From: Minisyncoccota bacterium
GTDB taxonomy: Bacteria > Patescibacteriota > Minisyncoccia > Phycocordibacterales > UBA2100
Direction of reading: 5' to 3'
Assembly (NCBI GenBank): GCA_035708165.1
Contig: DASSSZ010000005.1
Coordinates: forward strand, 40,719-104,718
DNA: 64,000 nucleotides
A model generated the notes under the pieces. The model searched no databases. It was given only the letters and a program-made list of their open reading frames with translations, and was not told the DNA's origin. This document shows, one piece after another, positions 54,478-63,384 of the stretch; positions within the stretch are counted from its first letter, which is position 1, and each line of letters begins with the position of its first letter. Both the position numbers and the translations under genes were made by a program.

Positions 54478-54686
54478 TTGACTTCGGGAGTACGGTCATA
54501 TATAGTGCCTTGGCCTCGCAGGGGGCCTCGTTTCTTGGCCGTCGGGCACCATTTGGCAGCAAATGGCGCACGATACCCCACAGAACGCGGTCACGCAGGG
54601 AGTGCTCTAACCAGGGCTGAAAAGCCAGGTGCACGCGCTCCCAGTCTCCTCTGTTTCCGGGCGCTAACCCATTTTCGTAACGCTAT
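54478..54686 (+). promoter_or_regulatory. promoter-like TTGACT-17-TATAGT followed by ~175-nt 5' leader with hairpins upstream of rpsN
   Basis: Direct reading. The leader contains the stem ccatttg gcag caaatgg and GC-rich inverted repeats. Confidence 0.4.
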
Positions 54687-54872
54687 ATGGCAAAGAAGTC
54701 GATGATCGTGAAGGCGAAGCGTGCTCCGAAATTCCAGAGCCGCACTATCCGCCGCTGCTTCAAGTGCGGCCGCCCGCGCGGCTACATGCGCGATTTCGAC
54801 CTGTGCCGCATCTGCTTCCGCGAGCAGGCGCTCGAGGGCAATATCCCGGGTATCAAGAAGTCGTCCTGGTAA
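54687..54872 (+). CDS. rpsN: 30S ribosomal protein S14 type Z (zinc-binding, 61 aa)
   Basis: [21 protein letters not shown]4 motif. Confidence 0.9.
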   Translation: MAKKSMIVKAKRAPKFQSRTIRRCFKCGRPRGYMRDFDLCRICFREQALEGNIPGIKKSSW

Positions 54873-54885
54873 TCCGCAATCGCTT

Positions 54886-55278
54886 ATGGTCACCGATCCT
54901 ATCGCAGATCTCATCATCCAGCTGAAGAACGCGGGCGCCGTGGGCAAGCCCACCGTCTCGCTCCCGTTCTCCAAGTTCAAGTTCGCCGTCGCGGAGAAGC
55001 TCAAGGAGGCAGGGTATGTCGCCGCAGCCGAGCGCAAGGGCCGCAAGGTGAAGAAGACGCTCGAGATCACGCTCCGGTACGCCGAGGGGGCGCACGCCAT
55101 CACTGACGTGAAGCGCATCTCCAAGCCGGGCCGCCGCGTCTACAAGCCGGTGTCCGAGATCCACGCGGTCCGCTACGGCAAAGGCTCCCTCATCCTCTCG
55201 ACGCCCCGGGGCGTCATGACGGATGCCGAGGCGCGCAAGGAGAAGGTCGGCGGCGAGGCTTTGTTCGAGATCTGGTAA
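54886..55278 (+). CDS. rpsH: 30S ribosomal protein S8
   Basis: MVTDPIADLIIQLKNA… conserved uS8. Confidence 0.95.
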   Translation: MVTDPIADLIIQLKNAGAVGKPTVSLPFSKFKFAVAEKLKEAGYVAAAERKGRKVKKTLEITLRYAEGAHAITDVKRISKPGRRVYKPVSEIHAVRYGKGSLILSTPRGVMTDAEARKEKVGGEALFEIW

Positions 55279-55285
55279 TACGCAT

Positions 55286-55822
55286 ATGAGTCGCATCGGA
55301 AAGAATCCCATCGCTATCCCGGAGAAGACCACTGTCACGGTGTCTGACGGCGTGATCGCTATCGCAGGCCCCAAGGGCGAGCTTCGCCGCAGGAGCGCCC
55401 CTTCGATCGAGATCACCGTCGAGGGCGGCGAGGTCACGGTCGCGCCGAAGAACGAGACGCCGGAGGCGCTCGCGCTCTGGGGCACCTTCGCCGCGCACAT
55501 CCGCAACATGATCGCGGGCGTGAACGAGCCGTTCGTGAAGAAGCTCGAGGTGGAGGGCGTGGGCTACCGCGCGGAAGTGAAGGGCTCGGACCTCGTCCTT
55601 AATGTCGGCTACTCGCATCCGGTGGCGCTCTCCATCCCCGACGGGCTCGCGGTCACGGCCGAGAAGAACGTCGTCACCGTGAGCGGCATCGACAAGGAGG
55701 CCGTGGGGCAGTTCTCCGCGAATGTCCGCGCCGTCCGCAAGCCGGAGCCGTACAAGGGCAAGGGCATCCATTACGAGGGCGAGCAGATCCGCCGCAAGCA
55801 GGGCAAGAAGGCAGGTGCCTAA
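55286..55822 (+). CDS. rplF: 50S ribosomal protein L6
   Basis: MSRIGKNPIAIPEKTTV… conserved uL6. Confidence 0.95.
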   Translation: MSRIGKNPIAIPEKTTVTVSDGVIAIAGPKGELRRRSAPSIEITVEGGEVTVAPKNETPEALALWGTFAAHIRNMIAGVNEPFVKKLEVEGVGYRAEVKGSDLVLNVGYSHPVALSIPDGLAVTAEKNVVTVSGIDKEAVGQFSANVRAVRKPEPYKGKGIHYEGEQIRRKQGKKAGA

Positions 55823-55831
55823 TATACACAT

Positions 55832-56185
55832 ATGACAGTCGTAGCACACACCAAGCGAGACCGCCGCATCCAGCGCCACAAGCGCGTGCGGGCGACCGTA
55901 TCGGGCACGGGAGCGCGCCCGCGCCTCTCGGTCTACAAGTCGAACACGGCGCTCTCCGCCCAGCTCATCGACGACACGGCAGGGAAGACGCTCGCGGCCG
56001 TCTCGACCGCGAAGATGACCGGCGCGACGTCCGCGGAGCGCATCGAGGCGGCAGCGGCGTCGATCGCCGAGGCGGCGAAGAAGCAGGGCATCGAGCGGGC
56101 GGTCTTCGACCGCGGAGGCTTCCAGTTCACTGGCGTTATCAAGGCGTTCGCTGATGCGGTGCGCGCAGCAGGGTTGAATATCTAA
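55832..56185 (+). CDS. rplR: 50S ribosomal protein L18
   Basis: Conserved uL18. Confidence 0.9.
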   Translation: MTVVAHTKRDRRIQRHKRVRATVSGTGARPRLSVYKSNTALSAQLIDDTAGKTLAAVSTAKMTGATSAERIEAAAASIAEAAKKQGIERAVFDRGGFQFTGVIKAFADAVRAAGLNI

Positions 56186-56186
56186 T

Positions 56187-56768
56187 ATGTCTACAGCAGC
56201 AACAAACTCTCAGGTCGAGCGCGGCGCGGATGCGCGCCGCTCGGCAGGCGCACGCGATTCCCGCGGTCCTCGCTCGGGCGGTCCGCGCGGCGATCGCCGC
56301 GGCGGCCCGCGCCGCAATGACGAGCGCCGCAGCGAGTTCGACCAGAAGATCATCGGTATCCGCCGCGTGACCCGCGTCATGGCTGGCGGCCGACGCTTCA
56401 CGTTCAGCGTGGCGATGGTCATCGGCGACAAGAAGGGTCGCGTCGGCGTCGGTCTCGGCAAGGCCGCGGACACGGCGCTCGCGATCGAGAAGGCGACCCG
56501 TGCCGCGCGCAAGGAGATGATCGCGCTCGACCTCACCGACACGAAGAGCATCCCGATGTCGGTCGAAGCGAAGTACTGCGCGTCGGCGGTCTCCATCCGC
56601 CCGTCGAAGGGTCGCGGCCTCGTGGCCGGCTCCTCGGTGCGCACGGTGCTCGAACTCGCCGGCGTCACGGATGTGACGGCGAAGCTCCTCTCGCGCTCGA
56701 AGAGCCCGATCAACAACGCGCGCGCAGCCCTCAAGGCGCTCTCAGGCGTCGCGAAGAAGACCCAGTAA
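56187..56768 (+). CDS. rpsE: 30S ribosomal protein S5 with R/G-rich N-terminal extension
   Basis: uS5 core (IGIRRVTRVMAGGRRFTFSVAMVIGDKKGRVGVGLGKA). The N-terminal ~60 aa are RG-rich. Confidence 0.9.
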   Translation: MSTAATNSQVERGADARRSAGARDSRGPRSGGPRGDRRGGPRRNDERRSEFDQKIIGIRRVTRVMAGGRRFTFSVAMVIGDKKGRVGVGLGKAADTALAIEKATRAARKEMIALDLTDTKSIPMSVEAKYCASAVSIRPSKGRGLVAGSSVRTVLELAGVTDVTAKLLSRSKSPINNARAALKALSGVAKKTQ

Positions 56769-56781
56769 TCCCATTTCCCGT

Positions 56782-57234
56782 ATGGCAAGCCTCAACGAAC
56801 TCACTCGCACCGATGCATGCAAAGCGACCCGTGTCGGCCGCGGCGGCCGCCGCGGCAAGACCAGCGGTCGCGGCACCAAGGGCCAGAAGGCCCGCGCCGG
56901 CCACTCGATCCGCCCCGCGCTGCGCGATGTCATCAAGAAGCTCCCGAAGCTGCGCGGCCACGGCATGAACCGCGCCCGCACGGTCAACAGCGGCCGCCCG
57001 GTCCACCAGCCGGTCACGCTCGAGACGCTCAATGCCGCATTCGCGGCAGGGGAGACGGTCTCGCCGGCGACCCTTGTCGAGAAGGGCGTGCTTCGCGCGC
57101 GCGGCGGGAAGCTCCCGGCCGTCGTCATCGTCGCTGGCGGCGAGCTTTCCGCGAAGCTCGCGGTCGAGCGCTGCCGCGTCACCAAGACCGCGAAGGCTGC
57201 CATCGAAGCCGCGGGCGGCTCGATCGCCAAGTAG
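56782..57234 (+). CDS. rplO: 50S ribosomal protein L15 (directly after S5, with no L30 gene between)
   Basis: Conserved uL15. Confidence 0.9.
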   Translation: MASLNELTRTDACKATRVGRGGRRGKTSGRGTKGQKARAGHSIRPALRDVIKKLPKLRGHGMNRARTVNSGRPVHQPVTLETLNAAFAAGETVSPATLVEKGVLRARGGKLPAVVIVAGGELSAKLAVERCRVTKTAKAAIEAAGGSIAK

Positions 57235-57237
57235 CCT

Positions 57238-58512
57238 ATGTGGGACGCGTTCGTTCGGAAGTGGAAGCTGGTCTGGGGGGATCGCGAGCTCATGCGCCGC
57301 ATTCTCTTCGTGCTGGGCGCCCTGGCGCTCTTCCGCCTTCTGGCGGCGATCCCGATCCCGGGCGTGAACGTCGCGGCTCTCGAATCGTTTTTCAATAACA
57401 ACCAGTTCCTGGGCCTCCTCAACGTCTTCTCCGGCGGCGGCCTCTCGAACCTCTCGGTCGTGATGCTGGGCGTCGGCCCGTACATCACCGCGAGCATCAT
57501 CATGCAGCTCATGACGGTGCTCTCGCCGCGCCTCAAGGAGATGTACCAGGAGGAGGGCGAGGCAGGGCGCGCGCGCTTCACGCAGTACTCGCGCTACCTC
57601 ACCATCCCGCTGGCCTTGATCCAGGGCTTCGCGTTCCTGCTCATCCTCAATCAGAACGGGATCCTCACGGACGTGACGCCGATCACGCTCCTCACGAACA
57701 CCCTCGTGGTGGCGGGCGGGTCGGTGCTCCTCATGTGGCTCGGCGAGATCATGACCGAATTCGGCGTCGGCAATGGCGTCTCGCTCATCATCTTCGCCGG
57801 CATCGTCGCCCGCATCCCGCAGAATTTCTCGCAGCTCGCGTACAGCTACGACGCCTCGCAGATCCCCACGTATCTCGCATTCCTCGCGGTGGCGCTCATC
57901 GTCGTCGCAGGCACGGTCTATATCTCGGAGGCTGAGCGGCCCATCCCCGTCACGTACGCGCGCCGCGTCCGCGGCAACAAGGTCTTCGGCGGCGTCTCCA
58001 CGTATCTGCCGCTTCGTGTCGCACAGGCAGGCGTGATCCCGATCATCTTCGCCCTCTCGCTCCTCCTGTTCCCGCAGGTCCTGGCGAAGTTCGCGGCTCA
58101 GGTGGGCAGCGGCTGGGTCGCGAGCGTGGGGAACGCGGTCGCGAACGGGCTCGCGGACCAGTGGCTTTACGGCGCGCTCTATTTCATCCTTGTCGTGCTC
58201 TTCACGTACGTCTATACGGCCATCACCTTCGAGCCGCATCAGATCGCGAAGAACCTCCAGAAGACGGGCGCGTTCATCTCAGGCATCCGCCCGGGGCCCG
58301 CGACGACCGAGTACCTGGAGAACATCGTCACGCGCATCACGCTCGTCGGCGCGATCTTCCTCGGCATCCTCGCGGTCTTGCCGATCGTCGTGCAGGGCGT
58401 GACCGGCATCGCGAACCTCACGATCGGCGGCACCGCGCTTTTGATCGTGGTCTCCGTCGTCCTCGACGTGGTCAAGAAGATCGACGCGCAGACTTCGATC
58501 CGCGAGTACTAG
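57238..58512 (+). CDS. secY: preprotein translocase subunit SecY
   Basis: 10-TM SecY with conserved plug/hinge regions. Length is 424 aa. Confidence 0.95.
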   Translation: MWDAFVRKWKLVWGDRELMRRILFVLGALALFRLLAAIPIPGVNVAALESFFNNNQFLGLLNVFSGGGLSNLSVVMLGVGPYITASIIMQLMTVLSPRLKEMYQEEGEAGRARFTQYSRYLTIPLALIQGFAFLLILNQNGILTDVTPITLLTNTLVVAGGSVLLMWLGEIMTEFGVGNGVSLIIFAGIVARIPQNFSQLAYSYDASQIPTYLAFLAVALIVVAGTVYISEAERPIPVTYARRVRGNKVFGGVSTYLPLRVAQAGVIPIIFALSLLLFPQVLAKFAAQVGSGWVASVGNAVANGLADQWLYGALYFILVVLFTYVYTAITFEPHQIAKNLQKTGAFISGIRPGPATTEYLENIVTRITLVGAIFLGILAVLPIVVQGVTGIANLTIGGTALLIVVSVVLDVVKKIDAQTSIREY

Positions 58513-58555
58513 CGTCTCTGCGCGCAGGAGGAGCCGGCCACCGGGCCGGCTTTTC

Positions 58556-59116
58556 TCATGCAGCGAGCCATGCCTCGTACCCTGCGAGGATCGCAGCAGT
58601 CACCTCCTCGATGCCGCTGCTGCCGGTATCCACCGAACGGTCGTAGCAGGACGCATCGGTGTAATCCACGCCATAGAGCGACGCGTAGCGCGCCTTCTCG
58701 CTCTCGATGCGCGAAAGCAGATTCCGGTACGTCTCGTCGAACGTGCCGGCTTCCTGCCCGGTACGCAGGCCGCCCTGCGCGTCCGCGAACGTGCGCTGGG
58801 CGGCGGTGCGCGGGTCGAGCGCGAGGAATACGTTGTATCCCTCCGGGATCCAGTGGAACGCCATGCGCGAGTCGATGATGATCCTATCGAGGGCGCCCTT
58901 CTGCCGGACCCACTCATCGATCGCGGCGTCGATCCCCGTGTCGCGCTCGGCCTCGCGGTTCATCTCCTCAAGGCTGATGCCGCGCGCGGCCGCCATCTCC
59001 CGGAAGAAATCGCCGGAGGAGTAGCGCGCATACCCGAGCTGCGAAGCGAGCGATCTGCCGGTCGTGGACTTGCCGCTGCCGGGCATCCCGCCGAGGGTGA
59101 TGATGCGTTTCTTCAT
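58556..59116 (-). CDS. cytidylate kinase-like P-loop nucleotide kinase
   Basis: ITLGGMPGSGKSTTGRSLA Walker A. Length is 186 aa, like the archaeal-type (d)CMP kinase family. Confidence 0.55.
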   Translation of the reverse strand: MKKRIITLGGMPGSGKSTTGRSLASQLGYARYSSGDFFREMAAARGISLEEMNREAERDTGIDAAIDEWVRQKGALDRIIIDSRMAFHWIPEGYNVFLALDPRTAAQRTFADAQGGLRTGQEAGTFDETYRNLLSRIESEKARYASLYGVDYTDASCYDRSVDTGSSGIEEVTAAILAGYEAWLAA

Positions 59117-59190
59117 TACGGCAGTATAGCTCGCCGCGCTGCTTGTCCACCTACCCCGATCCTGGCGGCCAGGGTATACTCCAGACGAGT

Positions 59191-59781
59191 ATGAATCCGG
59201 TCACCGTCCTCTTCTTCGGCTCGCAGGGAGCCGGGAAGGGCACCCAGGTCGCCAAGCTGGTCGAGTACCTCGCCGCGCACTCCGATCGCGGGATCATCCA
59301 CATCGATATGGGGCAGGAGCTCCGGAACCTGCGGGACACGGGCACGGAAACCGGCCGCCTGGTGGGCGAGGTCATCGACCAAGGCAAGCGCATCTACGAT
59401 TTCGTCCCGATCTATCTCCAGACCAAGCGGCTCGCCGAGGAGTTCACGGGCGCCGAGCACATCATCGCCGATGGCGTCGCCCGCGGTCCGGACCAGACGC
59501 GCGGCTTCGATGACATGATGACCTTCTACGGCCGCAGCGATTTCCACGTCATCGACCTGGTCATCTCGGACGAGACGGCGGTCCGCCGCCTGCTCGCTCG
59601 CGGGCGCAGGGACGACACCGAGGAGGGCATCCGCCGCCGGCTCGCCTGGACGAAAACCGACGTGCTGCCGCAGCTTGAATTCCTGCGCGAACGCGGGCAT
59701 ACTCTGCATGCCATTGACGGCGAGCCGGATGTGGAGACGATCCACCAAGCCATTCTCGCCGCGCTCGGCCTTACTGCATGA
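59191..59781 (+). CDS. adk: adenylate kinase
   Basis: FFGSQGAGKGTQ P-loop and LID/NMP regions are present. A TATACT -10 lies at 59175. It is divergent from the cmk-like gene. Confidence 0.85.
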   Translation: MNPVTVLFFGSQGAGKGTQVAKLVEYLAAHSDRGIIHIDMGQELRNLRDTGTETGRLVGEVIDQGKRIYDFVPIYLQTKRLAEEFTGAEHIIADGVARGPDQTRGFDDMMTFYGRSDFHVIDLVISDETAVRRLLARGRRDDTEEGIRRRLAWTKTDVLPQLEFLRERGHTLHAIDGEPDVETIHQAILAALGLTA

Positions 59782-60548
59782 TCCTCCGCACTGAAGAAGA
59801 GAAGCAGCGCGCACGCGCGAGCGGGCGGGCGCTCGGACGCGTCATCGAAGGCGTGTGCAGGGCCGTGCGCCCCGGCGTGAGCAGCCAGGCGCTCGAGGAC
59901 CTCGCGCGCGAGCTGATCCAGGAGGCTGGCGCCGTGCCCGCCTTCCTGGGCTACCAGCCGGCGGGCGAGCAGCGCCCGTACCCCGCAGCGCTCTGCCTTT
60001 CCGTGAACGACATGGTCGTGCACGGCATTCCCAACGAGCGCCCCTTCGAGATCGAGAATGGCGACGTGGTCTCGGTCGACTGCGGGCTCGTGCTCGACGG
60101 CATCGTGACGGATGCGACGAAGACCGTCATCGCCGGTACGCCCCGTCCTGAGGACCAGATGCTCGTGCAGGCCGCCGAAGAGGCGCTTACCGCAGCCGTG
60201 GCAGCTGCGAGGGCGGGCAATCATGTGGGAGATATCGGCGCGGCGATCGAAGCGGTCGCGAAGCGGTACGGCCTCGGGGTCCCGCGCGAAGTGGGCGGGC
60301 ACGGCGTGGGCATCCGCGTGCATGAGGATCCGTTCATCGCGAACTGGGGGACGCCGGGCGCCGGCGCCCTGCTCGAGGACGGCATGATGGTCGCGATCGA
60401 GCCGATCTTCACGGCTGGCAGCGCGCGTCTCGATTGGGACGACGTGAATGGCTACGAATGCCATACGCACGACGGCAGCCGCGCCACCGAGGTGGAGCAT
60501 ACGGTCATCATCGGCAGCGAAGGCGGCGAGATCGTGACGCTCCCGTAG
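59778..60548 (+). CDS. map: methionine aminopeptidase type I
   Basis: Pita-bread fold metal ligands are present (D…D…H…E…E). It overlaps adk by 4 nt. Confidence 0.9.
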   Translation: MILRTEEEKQRARASGRALGRVIEGVCRAVRPGVSSQALEDLARELIQEAGAVPAFLGYQPAGEQRPYPAALCLSVNDMVVHGIPNERPFEIENGDVVSVDCGLVLDGIVTDATKTVIAGTPRPEDQMLVQAAEEALTAAVAAARAGNHVGDIGAAIEAVAKRYGLGVPREVGGHGVGIRVHEDPFIANWGTPGAGALLEDGMMVAIEPIFTAGSARLDWDDVNGYECHTHDGSRATEVEHTVIIGSEGGEIVTLP

Positions 60549-60625
60549 CGCGTTGAGGTCCGGCCTGCCCGGTGCTACCATGCGGGCACGCACCTATTAT
60601 TTAGCGGGTGGTTTCCTTTTCTCGT

Positions 60626-61219
60626 ATGAAGAATGAACGGACGTTCGTGATGCTGAAGCCGGATGCGGTGCAGCGCTCCCTTATCGGTGAAGTCATCCGC
60701 CGTTTCGAGCGTGCGGGCCTCAAGCTCGTGGGCATCAAGATCGTGAAGGCTGACGAGGATACGCTCTGGATGCACTACAACAAGGACGATGAGTGGTACG
60801 AATCGAAAGGCGCGCGCATCGTGGAGAACCGGAAGGCTGCTGGCATGCCGGTCGAGAAGGAGGCCAAGGAGTATGGCCGCGATATCATCGGCGCCCTGGT
60901 GAAGTACATGAAAGCCGGCCCGGTGGTGCAGATGGTCTGGGAGGGGAATCAGGCAGTGGCCGTGGTGATGAAGCTGACCGGCAGCACTGAGCCGGCAACC
61001 TCGGATGTGGGCACGATCCGCGGCGATTTCACCCTCGATTCCTATGCGCTCTCGAACCTCGACGAACGCGCCGTGCGCAACCTGGTGCACTGCTCGGATG
61101 AGCCGGCGACCGCAGAGCGCGAGATCGGACTCTGGTTCAAGGAAAGCGAACTGCTCTCGTACCGCCTCATCCAGGAGCAGATCCTTTACGATGTGAACCT
61201 GGACGGCATCCTCGAATAA
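60626..61219 (+). CDS. ndk: nucleoside diphosphate kinase with ~50-aa internal insertion and C-terminal extension
   Basis: ERTFVMLKPDAVQRSLIGEVIRRFE ... catalytic-His region NLVHCSD. Length is 197 aa vs a typical ~140. Confidence 0.7.
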   Translation: MKNERTFVMLKPDAVQRSLIGEVIRRFERAGLKLVGIKIVKADEDTLWMHYNKDDEWYESKGARIVENRKAAGMPVEKEAKEYGRDIIGALVKYMKAGPVVQMVWEGNQAVAVVMKLTGSTEPATSDVGTIRGDFTLDSYALSNLDERAVRNLVHCSDEPATAEREIGLWFKESELLSYRLIQEQILYDVNLDGILE

Positions 61220-61251
61220 CCGTCTTCATAAACGCTCCCTGTGAGCGGATG

Positions 61252-61275
61252 AAAACGCGCCAGCGGCGCGTTTTC
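61252..61275 (+). terminator. rho-independent terminator (aaaacgcgcc agc ggcgcgtttt)
   Basis: 10-bp perfect stem that includes the U-tract. Confidence 0.65.
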
Positions 61276-61565
61276 GCATATTGACGACGCATGAATTCTT
61301 TCCTGCATCCGCACCGCGCACTTCACGCGCGGGCCAACGCGCATATACTGATGGACAGGGTCGCGTATGAACCTGCTTGGCGTGATCTCGGGATTCCTAC
61401 ATCGCTGCGCCTCAATGCGTCCATCCGACACAGCGAGGCGCATGCTGCGGAAACCCACCTGGGCTTTGTCCAGGCTCCGCCGCGACCTCTGAGAAATGCC
61501 GCTTCATGCGGCATTTCTTCTGCATGGGGATAGCCGGCCGGGAGGGGGTGCTACACTGCCACCAT

Positions 61566-61943
61566 ATGCGTACACGGCTCTTCTGGGCGCAGTTCGCGGC
61601 ACTCGTCGCCTGCGCCGGGGGCGATTTCTACGCCCTCTCGCAGGATCTCTACTGGCGGTATCCGCTGGTGGATATGCCGGTGCACTTCCTCGGCGGCATG
61701 TGGGCCGCGCTTGCGTTCGCGTACGTCCTCACGGCGATCCTCAAGCGCCCGTGCCCGAGCCTGCTCCCCATCGTCCTGGCTTCGGTCATCATCGGTATCT
61801 GCTGGGAGCTCTACGAGTATGCGTTCCATGTCGCTATGGTGACTTCTGATTTCTATGTCTACGACACCGCCAAGGATCTCCTGATGGATACTCTGGGCGG
61901 GTTCGCTGCCTACGGGCTCATCCGCTGGCTGCGGCTCGCATAG
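61566..61943 (+). CDS. integral membrane protein (possibly VanZ-like), unknown function
   Basis: Hydrophobic 125-aa ORF. The ATG follows hairpin aatgccgc ttc atgcggcatt at ~61497-61520. The alternative track start is 61506. Confidence 0.4.
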   Translation: MRTRLFWAQFAALVACAGGDFYALSQDLYWRYPLVDMPVHFLGGMWAALAFAYVLTAILKRPCPSLLPIVLASVIIGICWELYEYAFHVAMVTSDFYVYDTAKDLLMDTLGGFAAYGLIRWLRLA

Positions 61944-61948
61944 CACCT

Positions 61949-63331
61949 ATGGCAGACGGGAACGCAGGAGGGAATACGGCGACGCTCACATGCTACGGCG
62001 GCACGGGCTCGGTCACCGGCGCGAATTTCATGCTCGATGCCGGATCGATCAGGATCCTCATCGACTGCGGGATGGAGCAGGGCGTCCACCATGGCGATGA
62101 TCCGAATGCGGCGCCGTTCCGCTACGATCCGGCGTCGGCAGACGTGCTCTTCATCACGCATGGCCATATCGATCATATCGGCCGCGTGCCGAAGCTCGTG
62201 CACGACGGCTACAGGGGGCCGATCTACTCCACGCCCGCGACGAAGGAGATCGCGGCGCTCATGTTCGATGATGCGCTCCATGTGATGCGGGAGGAAGAGC
62301 AGAAGTATCACCGGCCCATGCTCTACCAGCGCGCGGATGCGGATGCCGCGCTCGCGCAGTGGCAGACGCTCGAGTATCACGAGCCGCTCGCGCTGGAGCA
62401 CGGCATCACGGCTACGCTCTATGACGCCGGGCACGTGCTCGGGTCGGCTATGGTGTGCCTCGAGCGCGATGGCCGCCGGGCAGTCTTCACTGGCGACCTC
62501 GGGAACACGGATGCGCCGCTCCTGCGTGCGACCGATCCGTTACCGGCGCCGCACTACCTCCTCATGGAGAGCGTCTACGGCGACCGCCTGCACGAAGGCA
62601 AGGACGACCGCCGGCAGGTCCTTAAGGCGGCGATCGAGGAGGCGCGGCAGAAGCATGGCGTCCTCATGATTCCGGCATTCTCGCTGCAGCGGACGCAGGT
62701 CATCCTCTATGAGATCCATCGGATGATCGAGGCGGGGGAGCTTGCCCCGATCGACACGTACCTCGATTCGCCGCTCGCGATCAGGCTCATGGAGGTCTAT
62801 AGCCGATATGGCCGGTATTTCAATGATGCCGCGCAGGCGGATGCCAAGAAGGGGGATATCTTCTCGTTCCCCGGGCTGTCGGTCGTCGAGCGGCGGGAAG
62901 AATCGGCGAAGATCGAGCACCAGCCGGACCCGAAGATCATCATCGCGGCATCCGGCATGAGCCACGGCGGCCGCATCCTCGGGCATGAGCGCGAGCTCTT
63001 GGGGCGCGCCGACGCCATCCTGCTGCTTGTCGGCTACCAGGCTGCGGGCACGCTCGGGCGCGCGCTCGAGGAGGGCGTGAAGCACGTGCATATCGAAGGG
63101 CACAAGGTGCACGTGCGCGCGTCCATCGAATCGCTGACCGGCTATTCGGGGCACGGCGATCGCGATGAGCTCATGCATGTCGTCGAGACAGGCGCCTCGA
63201 CGCTCGAGCGCGTGTTCGTCGCGATGGGGGAGCCGAAGAGCGCGATGTTCCTCGCGCAGCGCATCCACGACTTCCTCGGGCTCGATGCCGTCGCACCATC
63301 TGAAGGCGATTCGTTCACGCTCGCGTGGTAG
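61949..63331 (+). CDS. metallo-beta-lactamase-fold beta-CASP ribonuclease (RNase J / CPSF-like)
   Basis: MBL motifs LIDCG…, HGHIDHIG, DAGHVLGS and beta-CASP C-terminal motifs are present. Length is 460 aa. Confidence 0.65.
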   Translation: MADGNAGGNTATLTCYGGTGSVTGANFMLDAGSIRILIDCGMEQGVHHGDDPNAAPFRYDPASADVLFITHGHIDHIGRVPKLVHDGYRGPIYSTPATKEIAALMFDDALHVMREEEQKYHRPMLYQRADADAALAQWQTLEYHEPLALEHGITATLYDAGHVLGSAMVCLERDGRRAVFTGDLGNTDAPLLRATDPLPAPHYLLMESVYGDRLHEGKDDRRQVLKAAIEEARQKHGVLMIPAFSLQRTQVILYEIHRMIEAGELAPIDTYLDSPLAIRLMEVYSRYGRYFNDAAQADAKKGDIFSFPGLSVVERREESAKIEHQPDPKIIIAASGMSHGGRILGHERELLGRADAILLLVGYQAAGTLGRALEEGVKHVHIEGHKVHVRASIESLTGYSGHGDRDELMHVVETGASTLERVFVAMGEPKSAMFLAQRIHDFLGLDAVAPSEGDSFTLAW

Positions 63332-63384
63332 CGAGGGCCTTGCGCATCCGCACGCATGCTATACTGCACGCATCTGTTCATTGT

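Noticed and set aside
56731-58239. 502-aa minus-strand ORF over rplO/secY
   Set aside because: Antisense to SecY and L15. D/E/R-rich shadow ORF.
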